A stretch of DNA of 64,000 nt from Planctomycetota bacterium (GTDB lineage: Bacteria > Planctomycetota > JAJSAM01 > JAJVHW01), in assembly GCA_965248445.1 (NCBI GenBank), contig CBDFJG010000002.1:512001-576000 (forward strand). The letters are read 5' to 3'. This document shows positions 18,684 through 31,974 of the stretch, piece by piece (position 1 is the stretch's first letter; every line of letters begins with the position of its first letter). The notes below the pieces were generated by a model, which saw only the letters and a list, made by a program, of their open reading frames with translations, was not told the origin of the DNA and ran no database searches. Both the position numbers and the translations under genes were made by a program.

Positions 18684-19823
18684 ATGAACAAGCGAACGCC
18701 CCTGCACCCGGTCCACGAGTCCCTCGGCGCCAGGATCATCGACTTCGGCGGCTGGGACATGCCCGTCCAGTACGAGGGCATCATCCCCGAGACGAACGCG
18801 ACCCGGCAGCGGGTCGGGCTGTTCGACATCGGCCACATGGGACGGGTCGAGTTCATTGGGCCGCACGCCACCGAGGCGCTCGATTACTGCGTGTCGTGCA
18901 ACGTCGCGAAGCTCAAGGAGTTCCGCGTCAAGTACGGGATCGTGACCACGGAGCGCGGCACCGCGATCGACGACGTGCTCGTCTACCGCGACACCGACCG
19001 GTTGCATGTGGTGGTCAACGCCGGCAACCGCGACCGGGACCGCGACCACTTCCGTGACCTGGTCCGCGAGAAGGGCTTCGACTGCACGGTCGTGGACGCC
19101 GCCTGCCCGCAGGAGCCCAACCAGGGCATGTCGCTCCTCGGCGTTCCGCAGACAATCATCGCGCTCCAGGGTCCCAAATCAGAGGAGCTGCTGCAGCGGA
19201 TCGTCAGCACCGAGACGGATCTCTCGGAACTCGGGTACTACCGCATGACGCGCAGTTCGGTCGTCAGCCTCACATGCCTGATCAGCCGCACCGGCTACAC
19301 GGGCGAGGACGGGTTCGAGCTCTTCTTCGACGCGCGGGAGGCCGAGCGGGTCTGGAACCTGCTGATGAGCCAGGGAGAGGACCTCGGCGCGACGCCGATC
19401 GGTCTCGGCGCGCGGGACACGCTGCGTACCGAGGCGGGTATGCCGCTCTACGGCCACGAACTGACCGAGGACATCACGCCGCTCGAGGCCGACCTCGGGT
19501 TCGGCGTGCAATTCAAGGGCGCCGACTTCCTCGGGAAGGCCGCCCTGGCGGCCCAGAAAGAGGAGGGCGTCCGGCGCATCCGGGTGGGCCTCGAACTGGA
19601 CACCCGCCGCGTGGCCCGAGAGGGCACGCGGGTCCTGCACGACGGCGAGGAGGTCGGCATCGTGACCTCCGGGACCTACGCGCCGACCCTCGGCAAGAGC
19701 ATCGCCATGGCGTTCATCCCCCCCACCCTGCGCGACGAGGGCACGGAGCTGGTGCTGGACGTCCGCGGGAAGGAGCACGGCGCCGTGGTGGTTCCGCTCC
19801 CGTTCTACACGCGCCCCCGTTAG
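18684..19823 (+). CDS. gcvT: Glycine cleavage system aminomethyltransferase T
   Basis: KRTPLH..H, FGGWDMPVQY, SRTGYTGEDGFE, GLGARDTLRTEAG motifs. Confidence 0.97.
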   Translation: MNKRTPLHPVHESLGARIIDFGGWDMPVQYEGIIPETNATRQRVGLFDIGHMGRVEFIGPHATEALDYCVSCNVAKLKEFRVKYGIVTTERGTAIDDVLVYRDTDRLHVVVNAGNRDRDRDHFRDLVREKGFDCTVVDAACPQEPNQGMSLLGVPQTIIALQGPKSEELLQRIVSTETDLSELGYYRMTRSSVVSLTCLISRTGYTGEDGFELFFDAREAERVWNLLMSQGEDLGATPIGLGARDTLRTEAGMPLYGHELTEDITPLEADLGFGVQFKGADFLGKAALAAQKEEGVRRIRVGLELDTRRVAREGTRVLHDGEEVGIVTSGTYAPTLGKSIAMAFIPPTLRDEGTELVLDVRGKEHGAVVVPLPFYTRPR

Positions 19824-19872
19824 CCTCGCCGCCCGATCGACAGACCACGGCCCCGCAGGACAGAGAACCCCG

Positions 19873-20271
19873 ATGCCAGCAAAGACGACCAACATCGAAG
19901 ACCTGAAGTTCTCGAAGTCGCACGAGTGGGTGCGCGTCGAGAAGGACATCGCGACGACGGGGCTTTCCGACTTCGCGGTGAAGCAGCTCTCCGACCTGGT
20001 GTTCGTGGACCTGCCCGCCGTCACGGACCTGCTCGAGCAGGGTCAGCCCTTCGCCGAGGTGGACTCCGTCAAGGCGACGTCGGACGTCTACGCCCCGCTC
20101 TCGGGCGAGGTCGTCGAAGTCAACGACACGATCGGCGACGACCTCGACAAGGTCAGCAAGGACCCGTTCGGCAAAGGCTGGTTCGTGAAGTTCCGGCTCT
20201 CCCACCCGGATGAGCTCGAGAACCTGATGGACGGCGACGCCTACCGGGCGCACTGCAAGAAGCAGAGCTAG
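19873..20271 (+). CDS. gcvH: Glycine cleavage system H protein
   Basis: HEWV, lipoyl-lysine motif DSVKA, DPFGKGW. Confidence 0.96.
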   Translation: MPAKTTNIEDLKFSKSHEWVRVEKDIATTGLSDFAVKQLSDLVFVDLPAVTDLLEQGQPFAEVDSVKATSDVYAPLSGEVVEVNDTIGDDLDKVSKDPFGKGWFVKFRLSHPDELENLMDGDAYRAHCKKQS

Positions 20272-20296
20272 CTACCCAGGCCGCACAGAATGGCGC

Positions 20297-23185
<2,889 letters not shown>

Positions 23186-23413
23186 CGGAGACTCTCCTCG
23201 AGTCCGGGGCCAAGAGAGGCCAGCAGAAGAGGGCCAGATAGAGGGATCGGGTACGTGCACAGGAGCCACCCGGCGGCGGTTCCGCCGGCACCCCTGCCGC
23301 GAAGCCCGGGAGGATAGCCGCGGGACCTGAGGGCGCCCACGGAACGCGGGACGCGGAGGGTCGCTGGACCGCGGACCCGCGGCGGCTACCCTCTCCTCGC
23401 TCGATGGCGGGAG

Positions 23414-24343
23414 GTGACTGTGTTCCCGGTGCTACTGCGTTTCCCCATGCCGTGGGGTGATCCGGACACCTACTTCCCGGTCCGCATGTTCGGGCTGCTC
23501 GTCATCCTGGCGTTCCTCGCCGGGGCCTGGCTCGTGGCGCGGCGCGGGCGGGACGCGCCAACACCGAGGACGTCGGCATTCGATCTCTGCTTCCACCTCC
23601 TCGCCGCGGGTCTTGTCGGCTCCCGCGCGCTCTACGTCGCGCAGCACGTCGAGCGCTTCGAGGGACGGTGGCTGCAGGTCATCGCCATCTGGGAGCAAGG
23701 CCTCGTCTGGTGGGGAGGCTTCGCGCTGGCGGTCGCCGTCGTCGCCGTCTGGGCGCGCGCGCAGAGGCGGCCGTTCCTCACCGTGACCGACAGCATCGTG
23801 CCGGGGCTCGCGCTCGCCCTGGCGATCGGCTGGATCGGCTCGTACTGCGCGGGCGACCATCACGGCGTGCACGTAACGGACGGGTCCGGAGAGTGGGTCT
23901 CGGCGGCAGAGGACGCTCCGGCTTACGCCGTGCAGTACCCGGGTCCGGATGCCGGCTGGCGATACGAGTACTCCGAGACGCCGGCGGACTTCCGCGCGCC
24001 GTACTACATCGTGCCAACGCAGTTGATCGCATCACTGGCGCATCTCTCGCTGCTCGTCTTGGTGCTTCTCCTTGCAGCGCGCGCGCGGGCGCAGCGGCGC
24101 GGGCGGCTGACCGGCGTGTTCCTCGTCGTGCATTCCACAGCGCTGTTCGCGCTGGAGCCGCTGCGCGGGGACGTCGAGCGAGTCCGCGACGTGCTTGGCA
24201 CACCACTCACGTTCACGCAGGCGTGCGCGATCCCCGTGGCGCTGGCGGGACTCTGGCTCTCGCTGCGGCCGCCACGGCCACTAGGGGACGACGGCGGCAA
24301 GCCAGAGGTGGTACGCGAAGAGCAGGCCGTAGATTCCGAGTAG
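23414..24343 (+). CDS. Prolipoprotein diacylglyceryl transferase (Lgt)-family protein, degenerate
   Basis: Lgt architecture: [40 protein letters not shown]; several conserved residues replaced. Confidence 0.8.
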   Translation: MTVFPVLLRFPMPWGDPDTYFPVRMFGLLVILAFLAGAWLVARRGRDAPTPRTSAFDLCFHLLAAGLVGSRALYVAQHVERFEGRWLQVIAIWEQGLVWWGGFALAVAVVAVWARAQRRPFLTVTDSIVPGLALALAIGWIGSYCAGDHHGVHVTDGSGEWVSAAEDAPAYAVQYPGPDAGWRYEYSETPADFRAPYYIVPTQLIASLAHLSLLVLVLLLAARARAQRRGRLTGVFLVVHSTALFALEPLRGDVERVRDVLGTPLTFTQACAIPVALAGLWLSLRPPRPLGDDGGKPEVVREEQAVDSE

Positions 24344-24787
24344 CCCGCACACGATCGCCTTCACGTAGCGGAAGTTCTTGTGCACGCATAGGACGAGCAA
24401 GCCGAGGTTCGTCACGGCGCACTTCAGCACCATGAACTCCACCGGCCCCCACTCGATCGCGCGCGCCATGAGCGGATTGGCCTCGCTCCCGCCCTTCTGC
24501 AGATAGAGCAGTGTGAACACCGCATCGAGCGCGCAAAGCGCCCCGATCGCGACGAGCACGGCGACCAACCACGGTTCGTAGCGGTCGACGTACTGGTTCT
24601 CGGTCGCGGCAAGGCGGCGGTCGCCCTCGCGCCGTCCGCCCAGGAGCGTGTACCGGGAGACGAACGGAGTGGGGCCCCGTCGGCGATCGTTCCCCCGCCG
24701 ATCGTGCGCGAACGCGGAGTCCACCGCGGCCTGAGCCTGCAGGGCTCGAGACACGTCGTTCGTACCGGCGATCGCGACTGGCTCCAC
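24281..24787 (-). CDS. DUF5658-like membrane protein with N-terminal DRR/ERR motifs
   Basis: DRRGNDRRR...GRREGDRR followed by LDAVFTLLYL..GGSEANPLM and hydrophobic helices. Start approximate. Confidence 0.75.
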   Translation of the reverse strand: MEPVAIAGTNDVSRALQAQAAVDSAFAHDRRGNDRRRGPTPFVSRYTLLGGRREGDRRLAATENQYVDRYEPWLVAVLVAIGALCALDAVFTLLYLQKGGSEANPLMARAIEWGPVEFMVLKCAVTNLGLLVLCVHKNFRYVKAIVCGLLGIYGLLFAYHLWLAAVVP

Positions 24788-24980
24788 CGCTTGGTCCCCG
24801 TTTCTGTTTCGCTTCGGTCCACACCCGTGGATGTGGCCGGCAGAGCATCGCAACGGCCCTGCCAGGCCTGGGGCGAGCCTGGATACCCGGGCAGAGGGGG
24901 GGCATGTCCAGCAGAATCAACCTCAGGCTGGGAGACGGTGGGTCATGCGAGGCATCGCGGGGCCGCCGGGCCGCGGGCGG

Positions 24981-26693
24981 TCACTCCGCGGAGTGATGGA
25001 GCTTCTGCATCGCGAGGCGCAAGGCCTCTCGCTGCCCCGCGTCCATCTTGCGGCGCCACGCCTTTCGCATCACGGCCAGCGACTCGCGACGCCCGATCTC
25101 CGGCAGGACCCGCAGGGCCGCGTCGCGGATCTCGCGCACGTCGTGGAGCATGAACGGCTCGACCAGCGACGCCGCATCGCGGTCCTCGGCCCAGCCGGCC
25201 GCGAGGATCAGGTGCTGGAGGCCCGATCCCGAGAGCTCGCCGAACTCGCCGACCTTGCCGAACTCGCTCGGGAGCGCCCGCCGAACCGAAGCGCCGAGGG
25301 CGGTGCGCATCTGCCGGGTGGCCCCGCCCAACCCGACGTAGACGTCGAACGCAACGCCGCCGACGCCGAACGGGCCGGTGTCCGCGGCGATGCCCGCGAC
25401 GACGGTGTCGGCGTACGCCGGGTCGCCGCACAAGACGAGGGCGCGCAAGAACCACGTTCGCAGTCGCTCTTCGGTCGGCGCGAGTGTGCCGATCGCCTCG
25501 GCTACGTCGTCGGCGAGTTCTGCGCGTCGCAGCCGCCCGACGACGAGTGCAGCGACCTCACGATCGGCGGCGCCGCCGTCTCCCGCGGCGAACAGCAGGT
25601 CGTGCAACTGCTCCTCCGCACCGGGCGCCTCCATCAGGACACGCGACTCCAGCGCGGCGATGCGCACCTTGCGTGGATTCTCCGAAGTCGTGCCGCGCGG
25701 TCGCCACACGCTCGCGAAGCGCAGCGCCTCGTCAACGTCCTCGACCGGGTAGTTGCGCAAGAAGGTGACGGCTTGCTCGCGGCGGTCATCCTGCTCGAGC
25801 GGGTCCGTGGCGCGGAACACGAGCTTCTCTCTCGCGAGCCCGTCCTTTGCGTTCGCAAGTACACGCAGCATGGCTTCCCCGAGCGTCGAGCCGTCGCCGA
25901 GCCGTGCACTGCGCTCACGCAGCCAGGGCAGCGCGGTGTCGTCGCCGGCGAGGGTGAGGCCCTCTGCGATCGAAGCACGTTCGGCGTCCTCTGCGACCTT
26001 CCCGAAGTGCCTCTTCAGGATTTCGACCGCGCGCGGGGAACCGATGGTCCCGAGCGCAACGTACACCCACCCGCGCTCCGTCCGGTCGGCGCGCGTGAAC
26101 GCATCATTGAGCGCAGCGACGGCCGCCGGCGTGCCAATGCGTGCGAGTGCCGTGAAGACATGACGCGGGACCGGCAGCGAGCGCTCGACTCCGAGCTGAG
26201 CGAGACGCTCCTCGCAGCCGCCGGCCGCCTTGCCCAGCACGCCCAGCACGTTCGCGGCCCGGATGATCGTCTGTTCACTGCGTGACTCGAGCGCCGCGAC
26301 TGCGAACTCGCGGTCCGCGACCCGCGGGTCATCGGCGATCATGTCTAGCGTGTGCTGCACGAGCGCGGGGCTCGACGCCATCGCGCGCTTCGCGGCGTCG
26401 ATCACGGCGGCGCGCGACGGATCACCGTCGTGGCGGATCTGGCGCAGGCCCCACTGGGCGTCGTCTTCGTCGCCAGTGAGGAAGTTCTGCATCCAGAACG
26501 CCCGGCGCTCGGCGATCGACGGCGCCGGACCGAAGTCCGGAGGTGGCTCGAGCGCAAGAAACTCGGGGAGATTGGGTTGCCCGCTCGGTTCCCGGACATC
26601 GAGCATCGCGAGCCCGCCGGTCAGCGCCTTCCCGAGGAGGAGCACGAGACCCGCAATCAGCAGCGCAATGGCAATCTGTCGGCCGCGGCTCAC
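24981..26693 (-). CDS. Membrane-anchored HEAT repeat protein
   Basis: N-terminal TM segment; repeated ALARIG/ALGTIG/IRDAALRVL helical repeats; GTGA overlap with the TolC gene. Confidence 0.75.
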   Translation of the reverse strand: MSRGRQIAIALLIAGLVLLLGKALTGGLAMLDVREPSGQPNLPEFLALEPPPDFGPAPSIAERRAFWMQNFLTGDEDDAQWGLRQIRHDGDPSRAAVIDAAKRAMASSPALVQHTLDMIADDPRVADREFAVAALESRSEQTIIRAANVLGVLGKAAGGCEERLAQLGVERSLPVPRHVFTALARIGTPAAVAALNDAFTRADRTERGWVYVALGTIGSPRAVEILKRHFGKVAEDAERASIAEGLTLAGDDTALPWLRERSARLGDGSTLGEAMLRVLANAKDGLAREKLVFRATDPLEQDDRREQAVTFLRNYPVEDVDEALRFASVWRPRGTTSENPRKVRIAALESRVLMEAPGAEEQLHDLLFAAGDGGAADREVAALVVGRLRRAELADDVAEAIGTLAPTEERLRTWFLRALVLCGDPAYADTVVAGIAADTGPFGVGGVAFDVYVGLGGATRQMRTALGASVRRALPSEFGKVGEFGELSGSGLQHLILAAGWAEDRDAASLVEPFMLHDVREIRDAALRVLPEIGRRESLAVMRKAWRRKMDAGQREALRLAMQKLHHSAE

Positions 26694-28360
26694 TCGTCCT
26701 CCGTCGCCGGGGCCGCGAGGCCGCGCGCCGAGAGAACACGGCCGGCGGCGAGATCGCTCGCCACCAGACCCTTCTCCCAGTCTACGCGGGCCTGGATCGC
26801 TGCGGACTCGGCGGCGGTGACCTGTTCCTCGACCTCGAGAACGCGGAAGGGCGTGGACGCTCCGTTCTGAAGGCGCGCACGCTCGGCGGCGAGTTGCAGC
26901 TCAGCCGCCGCAACGGATGCCTCGGCGGCGACGATGCGCGCAGCGGCAGCGGCGAGATCGTTGTTCGCGCGGCGCAGTTCGCCGACCGACGTGTTGCGGA
27001 CGGCGTCGAGGCGCCGCTGCAACTGTCGGATTTCGAGGTAGCCGCGGCGCAGGCGGGCCAGCGCAGCGACGTTGCCGAAAGGGACGCTCAACTCGAGTCC
27101 GACCTCCCAGTCGTAAGCATCGTGGTCGGCGAGCTGCTCGTTGGAGTTCGAGAGTCCGCTGCCCAGTCCGCGCAGAAGACCGGTCGCGAATGCGTTGATT
27201 TCCGGGTCCACGTCATTCTCAGCCCGGATGAGAGCTGTCTTGGCCGCCTCGACTCGCGAGCTCGCGGCGAGCACATCACCCCGCGCCGCGAACATCGCAG
27301 CCAGATCTGGCATCGTGACCGGTTGAGGCGTCCGTCCGCCGTTCGGCGCCGGCCGATCGATGGGTTCGATCACGAGTCCGAGATCCGGGTTCTCTCCGCT
27401 GAACGGGAGGATCAGTTCGCGCAGCCGGTCCGACGTGTTGCGTACGTCGTTCTCGGCGCTGATCAGATCCACGCGGCGCAACTCGCGGCCGGCCTCGGCC
27501 TCCGCGACATCGGCGGGTACGGCTGTCTCCGCGTCCAAGCGCGCCTGCGTGACGGCGACAAGTGAGTCAGCGACCGCGACGGACTTCTGACGCAGCGCTC
27601 GCGTCGCCAGTGCGCCGGCGAGATCCCAGTAGATCTGTTCGGCGCGCGCGATGGTCTCCTCGGACGAGCGCGTCAGATCGTGCTGCGCGGCCTCCGTGCG
27701 TCTCTCCGCCTCATGGAAGCGCGACAACCGCACGTCGCGTCCGGCTCCGCGCATCAAGGGATGCGTGTAGCCGAGCGACAGTGCGCCGTCGTAGCGCGGC
27801 TGCAACGACGTGACGCTCGAAGCGCCGCCGCGGTCCGTGGAGGTGGCGCCGTAGCCGAGGTTCCAGCGTCCACCCCAGACTTCCGTCCGCGTGACGCTGA
27901 CCTCTCCGCCGACGTGGTCCTCGCTCTGGAAACTGCTGCCGGCGCTGCCGCCGCCCGGTCCGAACGCCGAGGGATCGAAGAACACCTCGGAACGGCGCCT
28001 CCCCGCCGCCAGGCGTGCGCCGAGCAGAGGATCGAACTCGCCGATCGCCTCGTCGACGAACGTGTCGGCGATGGCCGGGTCGAGAGCCCTTGCGCGCAGC
28101 ACCGGATCGTTGCGGAGCGCGAGCCGCGCGACGTCTGCTGCCGGCAGACGCAACGCCCGCGGCTTTGTGGGATTGGTCGCGTTCGTCGCAGTGGCAGGGC
28201 CAGTGGCAGGCCCAGTGGCAGTAGGCGCAGCGGCGGGGCGGCCCGGCGGTGGCGGCAGTCGAGCGCCGTCGTCGGCGCGCGCGACCGTGCCCGGAACCCC
28301 GATGGCGCAGGCCAGGGACCAAGAGAGAGCAAGGATGAAGAAGCGGTGTCGACTCGGCAT
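26690..28360 (-). CDS. TolC-family outer membrane protein
   Basis: ALRNDP.LR, FDPLL, HPLMRGAG, YWDL, LSVPFGN, ARLQNGASTPFRVLE: two OEP-like halves. Start 28360 or 28429. Confidence 0.88.
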   Translation of the reverse strand: MPSRHRFFILALSWSLACAIGVPGTVARADDGARLPPPPGRPAAAPTATGPATGPATATNATNPTKPRALRLPAADVARLALRNDPVLRARALDPAIADTFVDEAIGEFDPLLGARLAAGRRRSEVFFDPSAFGPGGGSAGSSFQSEDHVGGEVSVTRTEVWGGRWNLGYGATSTDRGGASSVTSLQPRYDGALSLGYTHPLMRGAGRDVRLSRFHEAERRTEAAQHDLTRSSEETIARAEQIYWDLAGALATRALRQKSVAVADSLVAVTQARLDAETAVPADVAEAEAGRELRRVDLISAENDVRNTSDRLRELILPFSGENPDLGLVIEPIDRPAPNGGRTPQPVTMPDLAAMFAARGDVLAASSRVEAAKTALIRAENDVDPEINAFATGLLRGLGSGLSNSNEQLADHDAYDWEVGLELSVPFGNVAALARLRRGYLEIRQLQRRLDAVRNTSVGELRRANNDLAAAAARIVAAEASVAAAELQLAAERARLQNGASTPFRVLEVEEQVTAAESAAIQARVDWEKGLVASDLAAGRVLSARGLAAPATEDE

Positions 28361-28451
28361 GCGGCGTCTCAGGGAGCGGCGCAATCTACCACCCGAAACG
28401 AGGAGGAAACCGGAAGAGGCGAGCCTCATGGCGAAGCGTCGGCGCAGACCG

Positions 28452-29861
28452 TCAGCGCGGCCCGACACCCCGGCCTGCGCTCTTCTCCGCCGCCTCGAAG
28501 CCGTCGTCGAGGAGCTTCGCCAGCGCTTCCCGTCGCGGGCCGCTCGCATCCACGTGGGCGAGCAGCAGCGCGGCGAGCGCGTCGTCGTCCCGGATGCGTG
28601 CGAGCCCCACCGCGGCCTCGTTGGCGAGCGCTCCGTTTCCGTCGAGCAGTCTCGTGAGAGCCGGCACAGCGCGAGCCGTCCGGAGGAAGCCGGCCGCTCG
28701 CACCGCCGACAGCAACACACTCGGGTCCGACTCGGTCTCGAGCAGAACAACCACTGCGTCTCCGACGGACAGCAGATCCAGCTGTGCCGCTGCAGCGAGC
28801 GCCGCGTCGCGAACTCCCGGCGCGTCGTCCGTCAAGCCGCGGCGCACGATCGAGAGAGACGCTTGCTCCAGTTGTGCGGCGGCCAGCAGCAACGCGTCGC
28901 GCCGGGCCTCGGGATCCTCCGCGTCACGAAACCGCGCGACGTGCGCCGTGATGTCGTCCTCCGTGACGCCGCCGGTGTCCACGTCCACAGGTTCCTCGAC
29001 GGGTCGCGGCAGCGTAGCAGCCACGTCCACACCGTCGGGGGGTGCGTTACGCCGGGCGACGGCGAGCGCGCGATCGATGGCATTGCGGGCGTCCTCGTCC
29101 CGGGCCAGGTCGCGGCCCGCCTCCAGCGCGTCAACGTCGCTCCAGTCCACATCGCCCGGGCGCTCCCGCGCGAGCGAACCGAACTCGAGCGCCGCGTTCG
29201 CGCGGGTCCAGCGGCGGGGATCGCGCACCGCCGCGCGCAGATACGCCTTCAACTCGGCCACCTGCCGCGCTCCGCTCGACATGCCCTCAATCTCGAGGTA
29301 CGTCTTCAGGGATGCAAAGCGCTCGTCGGCCTCTGCGTCGTCGAGACGCATCACCTGCACGAGTTCGTGGCCGTACGAGCGAGGTCGCGACGAGAGGAAG
29401 AACACGGCTTCGCGACCGGTCTGCGGAACGACCCCCGGCTCTCCCACGACCGCGCGAAGTGGCCCGCCGGTGGCAAACGCAGGGAGATCCCCCCACAGCG
29501 CTTCGACGTCGGCGAGATGCACAATCTCGATGCCGCGGCCTGTGTCGGTGCCCTCCACCCTCGCGCGCACGATGAGGTCTGCCTTCCGCAGCACCGTGCG
29601 TCCGAGGTGCGAGACGCGGGTCCCCGGCAGCGTCGCATGGATACGCGGCTCGTACGGCGCATCAGCCTCCTCGGCCGCGGCGGCGGCCGGTCCACCCGGC
29701 GCGTCGGTGCTGGTCAGCGCCTCGTCCGAGACCGGCGGCGCAGCCTCCGCCGACGCGCAACCGGCCGACAGAATCACGCAGGCTGAGAGAATCGCGGCGG
29801 CCGACAGATTCGCCCAGCGGAGGAGCGTCAGCGCGAGGTCGGCCGGGCGAGGGGCTGGCAC
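28452..29861 (-). CDS. HEAT repeat lipoprotein
   Basis: Lipobox LSAGC; HEAT-like repeats ([25 protein letters not shown]). Confidence 0.7.
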   Translation of the reverse strand: MPAPRPADLALTLLRWANLSAAAILSACVILSAGCASAEAAPPVSDEALTSTDAPGGPAAAAAEEADAPYEPRIHATLPGTRVSHLGRTVLRKADLIVRARVEGTDTGRGIEIVHLADVEALWGDLPAFATGGPLRAVVGEPGVVPQTGREAVFFLSSRPRSYGHELVQVMRLDDAEADERFASLKTYLEIEGMSSGARQVAELKAYLRAAVRDPRRWTRANAALEFGSLARERPGDVDWSDVDALEAGRDLARDEDARNAIDRALAVARRNAPPDGVDVAATLPRPVEEPVDVDTGGVTEDDITAHVARFRDAEDPEARRDALLLAAAQLEQASLSIVRRGLTDDAPGVRDAALAAAAQLDLLSVGDAVVVLLETESDPSVLLSAVRAAGFLRTARAVPALTRLLDGNGALANEAAVGLARIRDDDALAALLLAHVDASGPRREALAKLLDDGFEAAEKSAGRGVGPR

Positions 29862-30116
29862 GTGTTCGGGGTTCCGGGAGGGTGGCGAAAAAACCTGAGG
29901 GCGAGCCTATCGCACGGGCCGGCAGGGGTCGCCGAGCGTGAAGGATCGACGTCACTCGCGAGTCATCCGCAGCGGCGTGGTGATAACCGACGTTTACGAG
30001 GCGTCAAGTCCCCCCGCCCGGCAGCGCTTGTCACGGCGGCCGGCGGGATCACCCAGAATCGACCCGGGGCGCGCGTCCCTGCGTTGGAAGAGCGCCCCGG
30101 TGCGTGGGAGATGGGC

Positions 30117-30329
30117 TCAGACGGCGGCCGTGCGAGCCCAGGAGCGGTAGACCCGAACCGGAGGCTGCTGACGCCTGCGCCGGGCTCGGCGGGACTTCAG
30201 CTCCTTCTCGACGTGGAGCCTGGCGAAGCGCTGACACTCGCTCAGGGAGCCTGTGAAGATGCCGCGGCCGTCCTTGACGACCTCGAAGTACCGGCGTCCT
30301 TTGATGATGGCGACGAGATGAGTTTCCAT
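30117..30329 (-). CDS. Small basic hypothetical protein (70 aa)
   Basis: ATG at 30329 with strong RBS AGGAGGT; GC3-rich codons; METHLVAIIKGRRYFEVVKDGRGIFTGSLSECQRF... Confidence 0.7.
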   Translation of the reverse strand: METHLVAIIKGRRYFEVVKDGRGIFTGSLSECQRFARLHVEKELKSRRARRRRQQPPVRVYRSWARTAAV

Positions 30330-30420
30330 CGGCGGTGACCTCCTGCGTCCGGGAGGGCAGGAGCAACGGCCGTGCCGAAGACCGTCCGCTCGGGAGGACG
30401 CCAGCCTCGGGAGGTGCCGG

Positions 30421-31974
30421 CTACGGAAGCATCGCGCGGGTGACGGAGAGGACCCCCAGCGCGGTCGCGAGGTCGTCGCCGACGCTGCTGCTGGCGCTGC
30501 CGGCAAAGCGGCCCTGGGCGTCCTGGCGGGCCAGGAGGGCGCGCATCTGGGGGACCACGTCGCGATCGTGGCGGAGCAGAGCCGTCATGCCGTTCCAGTC
30601 GAGGACCGGGTCGCTGTCCCCCGTCGAGCGCGACATGGCCGCGGCCACCGCATCGAGTCCGGCTTCGACGTCGTCGCCGAGCCGGAGCTCCGGGGCGAAC
30701 GCGAGAGCGCTCGCGGTGGTCGTGACATCGTCGCGCAGCAGTCCGTCGGCTCCGCGCAGCGTCGCCACGAAGTCGGCGACGCGGGCAAGCGTCGCGTCCG
30801 TGCGCAGGACACCCGCCATGCGTAGGTCGGCGAGGGCCGCCGCGGCGTAGAGCGTCGCGGAACCGTCCGGCCTCTCTGTCGGCGCGCCGCTCACAGAGAA
30901 CCCGCCGCTCGCGGTCTGTATCGCGGTCAGACGTTCGCCGGCGGTCCGCAACAGGTCGCGGCGCGCCGCCCGATCCGCGGGCGCAAGGTGGCGGAAGTCG
31001 AGTGCCCACTGCCACGTGAGCGCGCGCAGCGCGAGCGCTTGCGTGGGGACGGTCGCCGGATCGTCCTCCGTCACGTCGTCGCGGAGTAGCCGTTCCAGGT
31101 GAGGCACGGCGCGGGACAGCGCCCCCGCATCGTCGCCGGACCGCGCACCGTGGCCGGACTGCACGAACGCGAGCACGACTGCGCCGGTGACCGCGTCGCG
31201 CGACGCGCCTTCGCCCCAACGGCCGTCGTCACCCTGCCGGGTGCGCAGCCATCCGAGCCCGTTCTCCACGCTCTGCGCGGCGGCGTCGGCGAGATCGTCC
31301 AGCCGGTCACGAAGGCGATCCACGGCGACGTCGCGATCGAGGAGCAAGCGGAACGTCATGCGACTGTTCAGGTAGACCACGTCCGTTCCGGCGGTCTCCG
31401 CAGTTGGACGAAGAATGGGCGGCAGTCCGACACCGTTCTCGACGTCGGCCTCGACGAACGGCCGGTCCAGTTCACTCACGCGCTCGTCGGGAAGGACGAT
31501 CTCGCTGTCGTCGAGCGGCTTCGGCTCGACCAGTTCGGGCAGCGTGCGCGCGAGCTCGTGCGTGATGCGCACACGGCGGATCGGACCGTCGGGTGAGATC
31601 ACCAACCACGCGACGACGGCGGCCGCCGCGGCGTGGACAGCGATCGATCCGAGGGCCGTGCGGCGGAAGCCGCTCGACGTGCGGTAGCGGTGGACCGTGG
31701 CGTCGAACGCCCGGCGCCACGCCGGGTGCGGCACGATGCGGGCGCCGCGGAGGGCGTCGGCGAGCGCGACGTTCAGCGACTCCGTCTCTTCGGCGGTCGG
31801 CTCGAGCGAAGTCTCCGCGCGGACGACTCCGAGCACGCGTTCGAGGAGCGCGTACTCGCGGGCGACGGTGTCGTCGGTGGCGATGGCGGATGCGACCTGC
31901 GCCGCCCGCTCGGCAGGCAGTTCGCCGTGCAGGTACGCCACGAGGTCTGCGGAGAGCTCAGGAGAGATGCTCAC
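30421..31974 (-). CDS. Putative anti-sigma factor with TM helix and C-terminal prenyltransferase/squalene-cyclase-like barrel
   Basis: LVAYLHGELP anti-sigma-type N-terminus; TM segment; QW-like repeats WLRTRQGDDGRW, QTASGGF, LLARQDAQGRF; overlaps the sigma gene. Confidence 0.75.
   Translation of the reverse strand: MSISPELSADLVAYLHGELPAERAAQVASAIATDDTVAREYALLERVLGVVRAETSLEPTAEETESLNVALADALRGARIVPHPAWRRAFDATVHRYRTSSGFRRTALGSIAVHAAAAAVVAWLVISPDGPIRRVRITHELARTLPELVEPKPLDDSEIVLPDERVSELDRPFVEADVENGVGLPPILRPTAETAGTDVVYLNSRMTFRLLLDRDVAVDRLRDRLDDLADAAAQSVENGLGWLRTRQGDDGRWGEGASRDAVTGAVVLAFVQSGHGARSGDDAGALSRAVPHLERLLRDDVTEDDPATVPTQALALRALTWQWALDFRHLAPADRAARRDLLRTAGERLTAIQTASGGFSVSGAPTERPDGSATLYAAAALADLRMAGVLRTDATLARVADFVATLRGADGLLRDDVTTTASALAFAPELRLGDDVEAGLDAVAAAMSRSTGDSDPVLDWNGMTALLRHDRDVVPQMRALLARQDAQGRFAGSASSSVGDDLATALGVLSVTRAMLP

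Noticed and set aside
23186..23413. Glycine riboswitch upstream of gcvP
   Set aside because: GGAGAG and CTCAGG occur on the sense strand, but the conserved CCGAAG element and tandem aptamer layout are not visible.
28189..28222. 12-bp tandem repeat in the TolC gene
   Set aside because: In-frame low-complexity linker (ATGP repeats); not part of the 8-bp frameshifting class.
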